From Mustelus asterias (lineage: Eukaryota), in the NCBI RefSeq assembly GCF_964213995.1, contig NC_135808.1, positions 67,270,001 through 67,334,000 of the forward strand: 64,000 bases of DNA. The letters run 5' to 3'. Of the stretch, positions 50,494-61,393 are shown piece after piece. Position 1 is the first letter of the stretch, and each line of letters starts with the position of its first letter. Position numbers and translations under genes: made by a program. The notes below the pieces were generated by a model. It was given only the letters and a program-made list of their open reading frames with translations, was not told where the DNA came from and ran no database searches.

Positions 50494-51639
50494 TCTGTGG
50501 CTGATCTTAGTGCAGGAGTGGGACCTCAACCCAGAACAATGTAACTCGAGGCAACAGCGTCACCAACTATAAATGCCAGAGCTGACAAATAATGCACATT
50601 TTAAAGAGATACAGCATTTATGGATGCAGTAGATTAATGGTTACATTAGTGAGCTTGCAATCCAAAACTGGTGTGTTTAAATCCTACCATAGAGAGGGGA
50701 AGAGATTGAAATCTGGGGATTTGTGACATATTTTAATAGTGTAACAGGAAGAAAGATAGAACACTGTCATGTAGCTGAGGTAGCAGAGAAACACACCAGA
50801 AAGAAAAACCTGCAGAAAGAAAGATTGACAGAAACAGAACACGCAGTTAGAAATAATTGAGTTTAGATTGAAAAATTCTTAACCCCATTCGGGTGACAGC
50901 ATAGGAACCAAAGCATGGAGATCATTCCGGATCTATTTTGCTGCTTCCTGGGATTTCCGCTGTCAAGTCAGAGAACTCCACCAGGAAAAGCAGAATAATG
51001 ATGGGAAAGGATAGCATGTGGTATGGTCTGAATTGGAGACAAATTCCACCCTGAGATTTACGCTGCCCGTCAGGTATGCTCATCGCTTTTCTGCGCGTTC
51101 CAATTATTTATTGCAGCACGTAGCAAGCTGGCTGCACTTGACACATGAATTCAGCAATGATTTACCGAGTGAAATATCATGAGGAAGTTTACCAATTCAA
51201 ATCAGCAAGGCTGAATCACGAGAAGGAATGAAGTGACTTAGAAACCAATGCCTGAATGGGGCTCTGAGACTTGCTGTGTCTTTTCAATTGGATATTATGT
51301 TAAAATTATGCCCTTTGCTGCTTTAGCCTTTACAGCATGATTTCCTGATAGAAAACGGGGACCGTTCGCCTCTCATTCCTTTACTCAAATTCAAGTTTAC
51401 TTCCTCCTGTTTCCCCCCTTGCCCGGGCACAGCCTTTCTTTATATCTGCGTTGTAAGCCTTCCTTTAGCAGGCAAAAGCCTCTCTGTGTACAGCTGTACA
51501 GTTTATTGCTGTGGCAGGTGTTTTTCCTTGGCCCTGCTGTCGTGTCCTTTCTCTTATGAGTAGATCCTGTTGTCTTTTCTTTATATCAACACACTCTAGT
51601 GGCTGTAATATGGCACTGATCTTCCATGTTTTCTGTTCT

Positions 51640-51860
51640 TTCTGTCTGCAGGCCATTAGTAGGCGTTTCATTACCTGTCCAACTATCACCCATTTTGCAT
51701 TGTAGCAATCATTCCCTTTTGTCCTCCCTATCACATAGTGCCTATCCCCCACCTGCCCTGCCCACCCCACCACTACCATCCTTTCACCGCTCTCCATTTG
51801 TTCATAATCTGTTAAATCGCTAATCTCTTCCAGTTCTGATGAAAGGTCATGAACTGAAAC
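51640..51860 (+). mobile_element. Penelope-like family B pLTR fragment
   Basis: Pyrimidine-rich UTR ending CCAGTTCTGATGAAAGGTCATGAACTGAAAC; CUGAUGA and GAAA are present but stem II is weak. Confidence 0.55.
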
Positions 51861-51861
51861 A

Positions 51862-52182
51862 GGCACGAGTGGCACGGTGGTTAGCACTGGTGCCTCACAG
51901 CATTAGGGACCCAGGTTCAATTCCGGCCTAAGGTGACTGTGCGGAGTTTGCATGTTCTCCCCGCGTCTGCGTGGGTTTCCCCCAGGTGCTCCGGCTTCCT
52001 CCCACACTCCAAAGATGAGTGGGTTAGATTGATTGGCCATGTTAAATTACCCCTTAGTGTCAGGGAGGGTAGCAGGGTAAATACATGAGGTAACGGGGAT
52101 AGGGTGATGATGACGTTGGTGCAGGCTTGATGGGCCAAATGGCCTCCTTCAGCACTGTAGGGATTTTATAATTCTATGATTC
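51862..52182 (+). mobile_element. HE1-type V-SINE
   Basis: Head, V-domain and CR1 tail. Confidence 0.92.
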
Positions 52183-52227
52183 GTGTGAGGCTGAAGATGA
52201 ACCAATTTACAGTCAGTGACTGTAAGG

Positions 52228-52390
52228 ATTTGTTGCATTTATGTAGCACCTTTCACGACCACAGACACCTGAAAGTTCTTTGCAGCCGGTGAAGTAGTTT
52301 TTCAAGTGTCGCCGCTGTTTGTAATGTTGGAAACTTGGAATGGATTTGCAAACACCAAGCTCCCACAAACAACAATGTATGAATGGCAGG
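52228..52390 (-). mobile_element. DeuSINE 3' fragment
   Basis: TTGCATTTATGTAGCACCTTTCACGACC...CAAGCTCCCACAAACAACAATG. Confidence 0.7.
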
Positions 52391-53651
52391 ATTTTACCTT
52401 CCCTGTGACACGTGTTGAAAATTTTGCATAGCTGTAAATAATCTTTCCTGGGATTTGCATCAATGAACACTTGGACTCCTGAAAACTAAACCAAGCCAAA
52501 TAATCCCAATGGCTGGAGAGACTGAGCAGCTGGAAGATGAATGTAGTTTCCGATGCTCTGTCATTGCTGTTAACAAGGTGTGTTTAAAGTTTAGAAGCAT
52601 TGTTGTGCCTTTCTGCCAGTGCTGAACTACTCTGATCATTTCAGATTAATGTGCTGCTTATTTTAATCTAAAACTGGTAGTTTTAAAGGAGGGTACAGAG
52701 GAGTGGGATTAATTGGATTGTGTAGAGCGAATGGGCCGAATGGCCTCCTGCAGTACTGCACTTATTCCATATTTCTGTAATGTCTTCCAAGTATTTATGG
52801 TCAAATGTGCACAATGTTTGCATGTGTTGACGTGTTTGAACTTGTATAAGACATTGGTTCAATTATGTCTTGCTCACCAGTCGCAAATGACAGTGATTTA
52901 AATTGAGGGGAAAAAAAAGGATCAAACACACTTGCCGGGATGGATGAGGAACGAATCAGTTTGCTGCTTTTCAGACTGTCAGATGCAGCAAGGAGGCACT
53001 GAAGTGGAAGCAACCGAATGGAGATTGATCTAATGACTTGTATTAATAGCAAACTGACAGCTCGCTTTCCTCTCCATCTGGCCAGCTCAAAGGAATGACT
53101 TTCCAGCTGCCTTCACTTTTGCCCTTTGTTTGTTTCTTTATGACAATCTAAGTTTTTGAATGCCCTTTCTTTCAGGTGGAGGGAGGAAGCTCAGTTAAAC
53201 ATTTCAGGATTTAGTAGATTGACTAAGAAACTTTGAAATCTTACTGGTGTATTTTGGCATTAACCGATGGTTGTGGGAGTAAAGGCTTGTTAATGCTTAC
53301 ATGGTAGGTCCCTGGATGGGTAGCGTGCAAGCTACAACCATTGTATTATGTATGAGCAAGCAGCAAGATTGCCATGAAAGTTGTCAATATTGTTGATCAG
53401 TTCATTTACTTCAAAGAGGTTGATGAACAGTGTGTTTGAAACTTGTAGTCTGAACTGACACAATGGGTGCATAGATTGAGTTTGATAAATGTGCAGCATG
53501 TAGGATATCTGCCAGGGTTGTGCTCCTTTGGATTGTAGTGTAAAATTTGGATACAGTAATATAACAATGTCAGTGTGTTGGGTTTTCATGATAATGAATT
53601 TGAAGTGTAGATGCTGGTTCAGAACTCTAAAATTCTGGTACATGATTAATA

Positions 53652-53948
53652 AGGGACCCCACCCATCCCGGACATTCTGTCTTCCACCTTCTTCTGTCAA
53701 GAAAAAGGATAAAAAAGTCTGAGGTCACGTAACAACCAACTCAAGAACAGCTTCTTCCCTGCCTGTCAGACTTTTGAATGGACTTACCTCGCAGTAAGTT
53801 GATCTTTCTCTACATCCTAGCTATGGCTGGTAACACTACATTCCGCACTCTCTCGTTTCCTTCTCTATGAACAGTATGCTTTGTCTGTATAGCATGCAAG
53901 AAACAATATGTTTCACTGTATACCAATGTGACAATAAATCAAATCAAA
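53652..53948 (+). mobile_element. Rex1/Babar-type LINE 3' end
   Basis: CAACTCAAGAACAGCTTCTTCCCTGC...GTGACAATAAATCAAATCAAA. Confidence 0.9.
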
Positions 53949-54234
53949 CATAAATGTAATGCAGTGTAGACAAGGGCAAAATTCTCCCAAGCTTCCACTG
54001 GCGTATTCAATGGTGGGCGTGGTGGGAGAATACGATAAGAGGCCCACAAATCAGTTTCACGCCAGTGTGAATTCACAGCCGGATCCTCCACTGGCGCCTG
54101 CCATAGTTTCTGACCTGAACACCTGTCAAAGGTCAGCATAAACATCATTAGCATCCCATTAACAGGGTACAGATGAAGACCCCAACCCCCCACCAGCCGG
54201 TAAAGGGGGTGGGTTTGGGGGGGGGGGGGGTGTG

Positions 54235-54322
54235 AACCTGAATAAGATGCTCTTTGGAGAATAGGTACAGACTCGATGGGCCAAATGGCCACCTCCTGCA
54301 CTGTAGGGATTCTTTGATTCTA
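54235..54322 (+). mobile_element. HE1-type SINE tail fragment
   Basis: GACTCGATGGGCCAAATGGCCACCTCCTGCACTGTAGGGATTC. Confidence 0.7.
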
Positions 54323-54645
54323 CTTAATCCCTCAGAGCCTGGCACAATTTGCATAAATTGAAGTTGCATGACTGTAAACTGCTACCGATAACAAATTCTC
54401 ACTGGCTAATCTTGACAACTAGCAAATCAATCAGAAATTGCCATGATCACATCAGGTTTCAAAGTAAATGACAAATCACACACCACAGTGGGTGGCCATG
54501 TGCCCTCTCTCTTTGAAGTGAATCTCCAGAAAATTTGTCAAAAATGGACAAAGCAAAGCAATTGGTATCAGTCAGCAGTTTTCGTTTCATGTGAATAAAT
54601 AATTTGGAACATTGAATAACTCGACAACATTTTGGTCTGACTTTT

Positions 54646-55430
54646 GATGCAGAATTTTGAGAATGATGCTAAATGTCCAGCTAGTCTGAAAATGGGAGAG
54701 TTCCTGATCCGTTTTTTGGGCGTGTTTTCACGCCCAATCCTACGCACCTAGTCATTGACAAAATGGTGTAGACTGTTTCTAGCTGCTGCAGGCAGTGGGC
54801 AGGGCTTAATTTGCCAGCCAGCCTGTAGAGAGAGCTACTGCGCATGTGCAGACCTCTGATGTTGCACATGCTCAATTGTAAAAGCAGGGGTCTGCAGCAG
54901 GCAGCCTCCATCAGCTCCCCTCTCCCACCACCCACCCCACAATCACGGGGGCCAGCAGCCAATCACGAGCCCCACAACCCATGGGCAAGTAGCTCCGCTG
55001 CCCAGACCGATTGCGCTCACCCCCCCCCCCCCCCCCCCACCCAAGTCCAATCCCATTGCAGAGTGCCAGCATGGGCAGTGCCAAGGTGCCAGGCTGGCAC
55101 TGCCGAAGGGCACCCTCTCTTGCCCTCGGCCTCCCCGGGGGATTCAATGGCTTCCAGTTCTACCGGCGAGGCCATAAAGACAAATGAGCCCAGACGATTG
55201 AACACCGGGTGCACTAAACAGATGCAAATGAGGATTGTAATATTTTTAAATAATTTATTCAGCCTCTTGTCCATTTCCAGTGAGAGGTTGACCTCGCCGG
55301 AAATCCGTCTCTCATAACATCACGAGAGCCAAGGAAATTGGGCGTGATCCTGATTTCCCAGCTTTTGCGTGATTTTACCAGCTCACTCCGCCCACTGATG
55401 GGTGGGGCGAGCTGGTAAAATTCCGGCCCT
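54646..55430. mobile_element. Larger non-autonomous DNA transposon (Harbinger-like ends)
   Basis: GCAGAATTTT start and GGTAAAATTCCGGCCCT end; GC-rich body with GGCAGTGCCA/TGGCACTGCC motifs, loosely similar to 59095 and 63494. Confidence 0.5.
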
Positions 55431-55453
55431 GTTCTTTGATTTGGATTCAGAAC

Positions 55454-56218
55454 AAAGCGCTTGCATTTATACTATGTGTTCATGACCGTTGTAACATCCC
55501 CAAGCATTTTATTGTCCAATAAATACCTTCAAGGTTAGTCACTGTTGGATGTGGGAAATGATGTGGAGATGCCGGCGTTGGACTGGGGTAAACACAGTAA
55601 GAGTTTTAACAACACCAGGTTAAAGTCCAACAGGTTTATTTGGTAGCAAATGCCATGGCATTTGCAACCAAATAAACCTGTTGGACTTTAACCTGGTGTT
55701 GTCAAAACTCTTACTGGATGTAGGAAATGCAGCAACCAGTTTACACAGCAAGGTCCCACAATCAACAATGAGGAAAAGGCTTGGATTTTCCAACCCCCAT
55801 GATGAGTTTTCCGGCAGCGGAGTCTGCTCTCCATCGGCCACCAGCGGGATCTTCTGTCTTGCTGTAATGCACGTCCATTTGTGTTGCTGGCCGGCCATAC
55901 CACCGAGGAACCCACCTCCAGGGGTCGCCGGCGAGAAGGGCCAGAAATCCCGGCCATTGACTGGTTCAGTCGTTTCAGTGACTATTAGTGAGGACGCCTC
56001 TGTTCTTCTTATAGTGCCATGGGACCTTCCAGACTCAACTGAGCGGATGGATGAAGCGTCGGTTTAATGTCTCGGCTGAAAGATTGCGGCTCTGACAGTG
56101 TAGCACTCCTTCAGTGCTGCACTGAAATATCAGCCTAGAATTTGAGCTTCAGTCTGTGAAGTGGGGCTTTAACTTACAAACTTCTGATTCAGAGATATGA
56201 GTCTTACCACTAAGCCAC
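55454..56218 (-). mobile_element. Near full-length DeuSINE interrupted by a PLE hairpin and a MITE (55777-55956)
   Basis: Tail GCTTGCATTTATAC; Deu domain ATAGTGCCATGGGACCTT...CTGACAGTGTAGCACTCC; head TACCACTAAGCCAC. Confidence 0.8.
55559..55715. mobile_element. Penelope-like family A insertion 4 (37-nt tail plus 120-bp loop-less palindrome)
   Basis: Arms 55596-55655 and 55656-55715 with 2 mismatches. TSD GGATGTGGGAAA / GGATGTAGGAAA at 55547-55558 and 55716-55727. Confidence 0.93.
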
Positions 56219-56824
56219 TTTTTAAAAAGGCAGACAATAGCTCTTTTAGGGAAAATAAGGACCTGCCCCTGGCAGGAATGCTAATTGAAAAAACAAGTCC
56301 TGGAATGATGGCACATACAGTGACTAGCGGACAAATAATCTAGACCGACATGACCATGATCTGTATGATTCAAATACTGCATGATTGTAGAGCAGGCCTG
56401 TTTTAAAATTGCATTAATGAATGGCCAATGTGGACCTGGTAATTTGAGGCATTCCATTCATGTATTTTGGCAGCTAAATGATCAATCACTCTTTGTGTAA
56501 CGTGAATAAACCGCACCCCCATTCCAGCACTATACTTTTTGGATGAGTCACTAATGGAGATTCCTGATAATCAGGTCTTTGCGAAATGAACCTTAACAGC
56601 TCTGAGTTTAGAAAAAAAAGGTAAAAGTTGGCCAACTTCACAGTTGAAGTTCTCTTCAGTGTAGCACCATTTATTGGTTATCTGTGTTATCACAACACAG
56701 AATGGTGACCATAGTGACCGTGTTTCCACCTTTGATCGACTCTTTGGACAAATTAAGGACTGTTTTAATTTCAGATGAATTGTCAAGTGTGGAGTTTGAG
56801 TGTTAAGCGTGCTGTTTTAATACC

Positions 56825-57127
56825 AGCACAGTGGTTAGCACTGCTGCCTCACATCGCCAGGGATCCGGATTCAATTCCAGCCTCGGGCCCCTGTCTGTGT
56901 GGACTTTGCATGTTCTCCCTGTGTCTGCGTGGGTTTCCCCCAGGTACTCCGGTTTCCTTCCACGGACCAAAGATATGTGGGTTACATTGATTGGCTGTGA
57001 TAAGTTGCCCCTTAGTGTCAGGGGGATTAGTAGGGTAAATACATGGGGTTATGGGGATGGGGCCTGGGTGGGATTGTTGTCAGTGCAGGCTCAATGGGCT
57101 GAATGGCCTCCTTCGGGAATGTTATGA
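56825..57127 (+). mobile_element. HE1-type V-SINE
   Basis: Head, V-domain and CR1-type tail with a small deletion. Confidence 0.9.
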
Positions 57128-57949
57128 TAACCTGAGATCGGCTTCTACAACTTTGCAGTAAATTTTTAATCTGATTAGTCAGCCAGATACTTAATAAGAA
57201 TAAGATTTCCTTGTTTGTTTTGGTCTGAGTCAAGTGTTTATTTTGGACGTCAACCTGAAGCAACCCTTTTTCTAGCCTGTGAGCCAAGAAAAGGGAGTGG
57301 GGGAATAAAGCAGACCAAATCAGTTTTTTTCCCCGTGATGTGTTTGTCTTTCTTAGCATGAGCTGTAGCGATTACTGGGAGTGGGGATGTAGATTGTGCT
57401 TGGCAGCTCTCTGCTCACAGTACAGATCACGTGCATTCCCGATCAAGCAGGGCAGGGCTGCAGGAAGCTCTTGGAGAAATTAGGTGGAAACCTCATTTGA
57501 GATATGAATGGGTGCCTTCTGTGCTGCAACCAATCTGTGTTAATATAGTGAAAATGCCCTTTTTGTAAGGATCCAAAAAGCAGCAAAGAGCTCGTCATGA
57601 GGCAACCCCTCTGCATGCATTCAAAATTTAAAACAAATGCACCCAAATCTAATTTTTCTTTGTAGGCCGCTACATGGGAGTAATTATTTAAATTAACATG
57701 TCTTTCAAGGGTCACACCTTACTTCTGAAGTGTTTAACTTGAAGACTAATGAAGAGAGCACTCTGTAACCCACACTGTGTGTTATCTCAACATTATTATA
57801 ATTATGCATCGCTTGCTCGGAAGTTTTTCCCTATCTGGCTGCTGCACTCTAAGTATGATGTGGAGATGCCGGCGTTGGACTGGGGTAAGCACAGTAAGAA
57901 GTCTCACAACACCAGGTTAAAGTCCAACAGGTTTATTTCGTAGCAAATA

Positions 57950-57986
57950 CCATAAGCTTTCGGAGCAATGCTCCTTCGTCAGATGG
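57950..57986 (-). ncRNA. Minimal type-I hammerhead ribozyme motif
   Basis: Reverse complement reads CCAT-CTGACGA-A-GGAGC-ATT-GCTCC-GAAA-GC-TT-ATGG. Confidence 0.78.
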
Positions 57987-58160
57987 AGTGGTCTCTTCTC
58001 AAACAGGGCACAGACACAGAAATCAAATTACAGAATACTGATTAGAATGCAAATCCTACAGCCCCATTTAAGACCTGGCTGGCTGTAGAGATTTGCATTC
58101 TAATCAGTATTCTGTAATTTGATTTCTGTGTCTGTGCCCTGTTTGAGAACAGAGACCACT

Positions 58161-58197
58161 CCATCTGACGAAGGAGCATTGCTCCGAAAGCTTATGG
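58161..58197 (+). ncRNA. Minimal type-I hammerhead ribozyme motif
   Basis: CCAT-CTGACGA-A-GGAGC-ATT-GCTCC-GAAA-GC-TT-ATGG; stem I CCAT/ATGG. Confidence 0.78.
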
Positions 58198-58529
58198 TAT
58201 TTGCTACCAAATAAACCTGTTGGACTTTAACCTGGTGTTGTGAGACTTCTTACTGCACTCTAAGTACACAAGGTTTGAAAAAAAGAGATGTATTTGTTAA
58301 GCGTATCCATCTCACTGAGGAGGCTTGAGGCACATCCTCAGCCAACAACCTGCCCTGAAAACGTTGCGCACATTTTGACAGCTGTGATAAATTCCACCAA
58401 AGCAGCTGAGACAATCTGTAACATTCTAAAGCAATCAACAGCATTCCAAATCAATCAACACACAACATTCTTTTAAAAAAAATCAATTAGCCTATTATCC
58501 CAATGTTAATGGGCCCTTTTTTTCTAAAA

Positions 58530-58715
58530 TCTTGCAGGATCTAGATCTGCTTCTTTGTCAATAACAAATCCATTATTCCTTGTGTTATATGCAATTTGCG
58601 TACCAAATTTTGTTGAAATCCTTCCATTAGATTTTAAGATTCGTTTGACAGACAAATGGACGAACAAACAGGAGTGAAAGAGAACTTTCATCCACCTGCA
58701 GTAGTGGAGATAATT
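58530..58715 (-). mobile_element. Possible DINE-1/HINE-like non-autonomous Helentron relic
   Basis: Minus strand: TTATCTCCAC...GTGGA terminal stem, degenerate GTYY microsatellite (TGTTTGTTCGTCCATTTGTCTGTC), then GGATTTCAACAAAATTTGGT. Recalled similarity to fish HINE-like repeats. Confidence 0.45.
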
Positions 58716-58861
58716 ATTTGAAAATTTGGACTGACATTCAGTGCAAATTCCTTGGTTATTTAGGGAATGAGGAGTCGTCAGTGGATGTCGGACGGCTGAG
58801 CTTGTAGCAAACGCTTCTAGCCATGAACCTGCCATTGTCCTTTTCAGCATTAGGCAGAATT

Positions 58862-59094
58862 ATCAGAGAATCCCAACAGTGCAAAAGGAGGTCATTCGGC
58901 CCATCGAGTCTGCACTGACAACAATCCCACACAGGCCCTATCCCCATAACTCCACATATTTACACTGTTAGTTCCCTTGACACTATGGGCTGTTTAGCAT
59001 GGCCAACCAACCTAACCCGCACATCTTTAGACTATGGGAAGAAACCAGAGCAGCTGGAGTAAACCCACACAGACATGGGGAGAATGTGCAAACT
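58862..59094 (-). mobile_element. 5'-truncated HE1-type SINE
   Basis: CR1 tail and V-domain up to GAGAATGTGCAAACT. Confidence 0.88.
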
Positions 59095-59675
59095 TTTACC
59101 AAAGTTTGTCAAGAGTGTGTGTCAGGCTGAAAACTGGCATGTATCTCTCCAGACGCACAGCTGAGTTTTCAGACCAGATTTTCTGGCAATCTGGGGGCGT
59201 GGTTTTTTGTCACTCTGGTGGGGCGTGGTCTAATGGGGCCAATAGGGCCGGCCCTCCAGAGATTGCGGTGCCAGCTTTTAAAGGACATGGCGGACCACCC
59301 CACAAGCATTAGAGTGCCCTATTCCCTCCCCAACATGCAAGTATAGGGGGCAGCCCCCAGCCCCTAAGTGGCTCACCAGAGAGCCCACCGTTGGCACTAT
59401 CAGCCTGGAACTTCCAATCGATGTGACGTCACGCCAGCAAGGCATAAATATTCAGTGAGGGGGAACCATGTGGCTGGGAAATCCTTTAATGATATTGAAA
59501 CTTATTAAAATATATGGAAATGAGGTTGCTACCCATTACGACACTGGTGAGGGACGGGGAAAATCAGGAAACGAGATCTCGCCGTGAAGAATCCTGTTTC
59601 CTGACTCTCTCATGACATTTTGGGCCTGCATCACTGTTTACACTGAAGGCTAACACTTGCTCAAAATCGCCCCCA
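59095..59675. mobile_element. Non-autonomous DNA transposon, GC-rich (related to 54646)
   Basis: Right end CAAAATCGCCCCCA; internal AAACGAGATCTCGCC motif. Confidence 0.45.
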
Positions 59676-59858
59676 TTGTTCCGACTTCCTGCTCTTTCCC
59701 CATCATATTTATTCCTGGTTTGGATGGTTTGGGGTCCAGTCTTTCTCTAGGGTGACTCTGCCCTGCTTCATGCTAATTTAGGAAGCTGAGGTGAGGTGCA
59801 AACAATGACTAGCTAAATGTGTAGCCAGTTATGCTCTGCTTCAGAAAGTCACTTTTTC

Positions 59859-60092
59859 CAACACGTTCCAACAGAAGCTGACCCAACTGCCCTGCTGCAG
59901 TGAATTAATGTTGGGCAACTTTCATCTCTTGTTTCTCGTGGGTTTTTTTAAGGTTGCCCAAGTGACATAAACTTTCGTAACTTTTTAATATCCTGATACC
60001 TTTTTGGCAAATGCAATATATATCCAGGCTATGACAGTAGTATTAGTAATCTATTTATGTTAATTATTTACTGACCAGTAATTGGGAGCAAT
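59859..60092 (+). repeat. 234-bp unique segment duplicated at 60919-61152
   Basis: Direct repeat offset by 1060 bp with 3 substitutions (59990/61050, 60063/61123, 60076/61136). Confidence 0.97.
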
Positions 60093-60100
60093 TTCTAAAA

Positions 60101-60192
60101 TAACTTGATGAAATGAAGGGGAAGGTTCAAAGTTCATTTTCATGTTTAACTTGATGAAATGAAGGGAAAGGTTCAAAGTTCATTTTCACGTT
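60101..60192 (+). repeat. Tandem duplication, 2 x 46 bp
   Basis: TAACTTGATGAAATGAAGGG(G/A)AAGGTTCAAAGTTCATTTTCA(T/C)GTT occurs twice. Confidence 0.95.
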
Positions 60193-60422
60193 TAGCTTGG
60201 CACAGACCAATGCTGGGAAGTCTCATTTTAAGCTGAACTTTAGGCTCTCTTAATGAGCACATATCTCAATCCAAAGTTCAAACACGAAAGCATTTGCCTT
60301 TCATGAAGTGAAGGTTGTTGTAAGTATGTCTGTATCCCTCCCCCAAAGAATAGCTAACATCTGGGGGCAAAATCTGCACTTAAGAGTCAGACTTGGCTTG
60401 GTGGGAGTATTCTCACTGGAGA

Positions 60423-60555
60423 AGTGGTAGAGTAGTGGTCCAGAGGCTCCAGGCTGTCTGAGGACACAGGTTCAAATCCCATCATGGCCTGGTGAAATTT
60501 AAATTCACAATTAAAAATCTGGAATTTAGCAACTGTGCAACCATCATCAATTTGT
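60423..60555 (+). mobile_element. Head fragment of the 17474-family tRNA-SINE
   Basis: TCCAGAGGCTCCAGGCT...GGTTCAAATCCCATCATGGC...AAATCTGGAAT. Confidence 0.65.
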
Positions 60556-60562
60556 GATTTAC

Positions 60563-61331
60563 GGGTGGCACAGTGGTTAGCACTGTGGCCTCACAGCGCC
60601 AGGGACCTGGGTTTGATTCCCAGCTTGGGTCACTGTCTATGCGGAGTTTGCACGTTCTCCCTGTGTCTGCGTGGGTTTCCTCCGGGTACTCCGGTTTCCT
60701 CTCAGGTGCTGGTTAGGTGCATTGGCTGTGCTAAATTCTCCCTCGAGTGCCAGAGTGTTGATTTGATTGATTGTCACATTTATTGGTATTCAGTGAAATG
60801 TGTTATCAGTAACCCCCACAGCTTTCCCCCTGATCTTGCAGAATCTCACTAGCTGTTCTGTCTGGAGACAATACACATCTCTTTAACCTGTGTTGAATGC
60901 TCCCTCAACCCACATTTGCAACACGTTCCAACAGAAGCTGACCCAACTGCCCTGCTGCAGTGAATTAATGTTGGGCAACTTTCATCTCTTGTTTCTCGTG
61001 GGTTTTTTTAAGGTTGCCCAAGTGACATAAACTTTCGTAACTTTTTAATGTCCTGATACCTTTTTGGCAAATGCAATATATATCCAGGCTATGACAGTAG
61101 TATTAGTAATCTATTTATGTTAGTTATTTACTGACAAGTAATTGGGAGCAATGCTATACAGACAAAGCATACCGTTCATAAATAAGAAAGGAGAGAGTGC
61201 AGAATGTAGTGTTACAGTGATAGCTGTAGGGAAAGATCAATTTAATGCGAGGTAGGTCCATTCAGAAGTCTGATGGCAACAGGGAAGAAGCTATTTTCAC
61301 AGTAACTTCATTGCAGTGTTAATGTAAGCCT
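60563..61331 (+). mobile_element. V-SINE type B split by a Rex1/Babar 3' fragment (60758-60802 and 61153-61293, -)
   Basis: SINE runs to ~60757 and resumes at TTTTCACAGTAACTTCATTGCAG (~61294). The LINE pieces match 4224-4410. Confidence 0.85.
60803..60916 (+). mobile_element. Internal PLE family A pLTR fragment, no termini
   Basis: Reverse complement of 61592-61706 with 1 substitution and 1 single-base indel. Confidence 0.9.
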
Positions 61332-61393
61332 GCAAAAACAGAAAATGCTGGAAAATCTCAGCATGCCTGACAGCATCTGTGGACAGAGAATAA

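Larger units (their letters stand above)
57856..58254. mobile_element. Penelope-like family A insertion 5 (37-nt tail plus ~171-bp-arm hairpin, hammerhead on each strand)
   Basis: Arms 57893-58063 and 58081-58254. TSD GCACTCTAAGTA at 57844-57855 and 58255-58266. Confidence 0.95.

Noticed and set aside
40328-58254. Short palindromic elements as DNA-transposon MITEs or CRISPR-like repeats
   Set aside because: Their arms are the pLTR of the RT/GIY-YIG element at 31454, the ends are asymmetric, and there is no spacer array.
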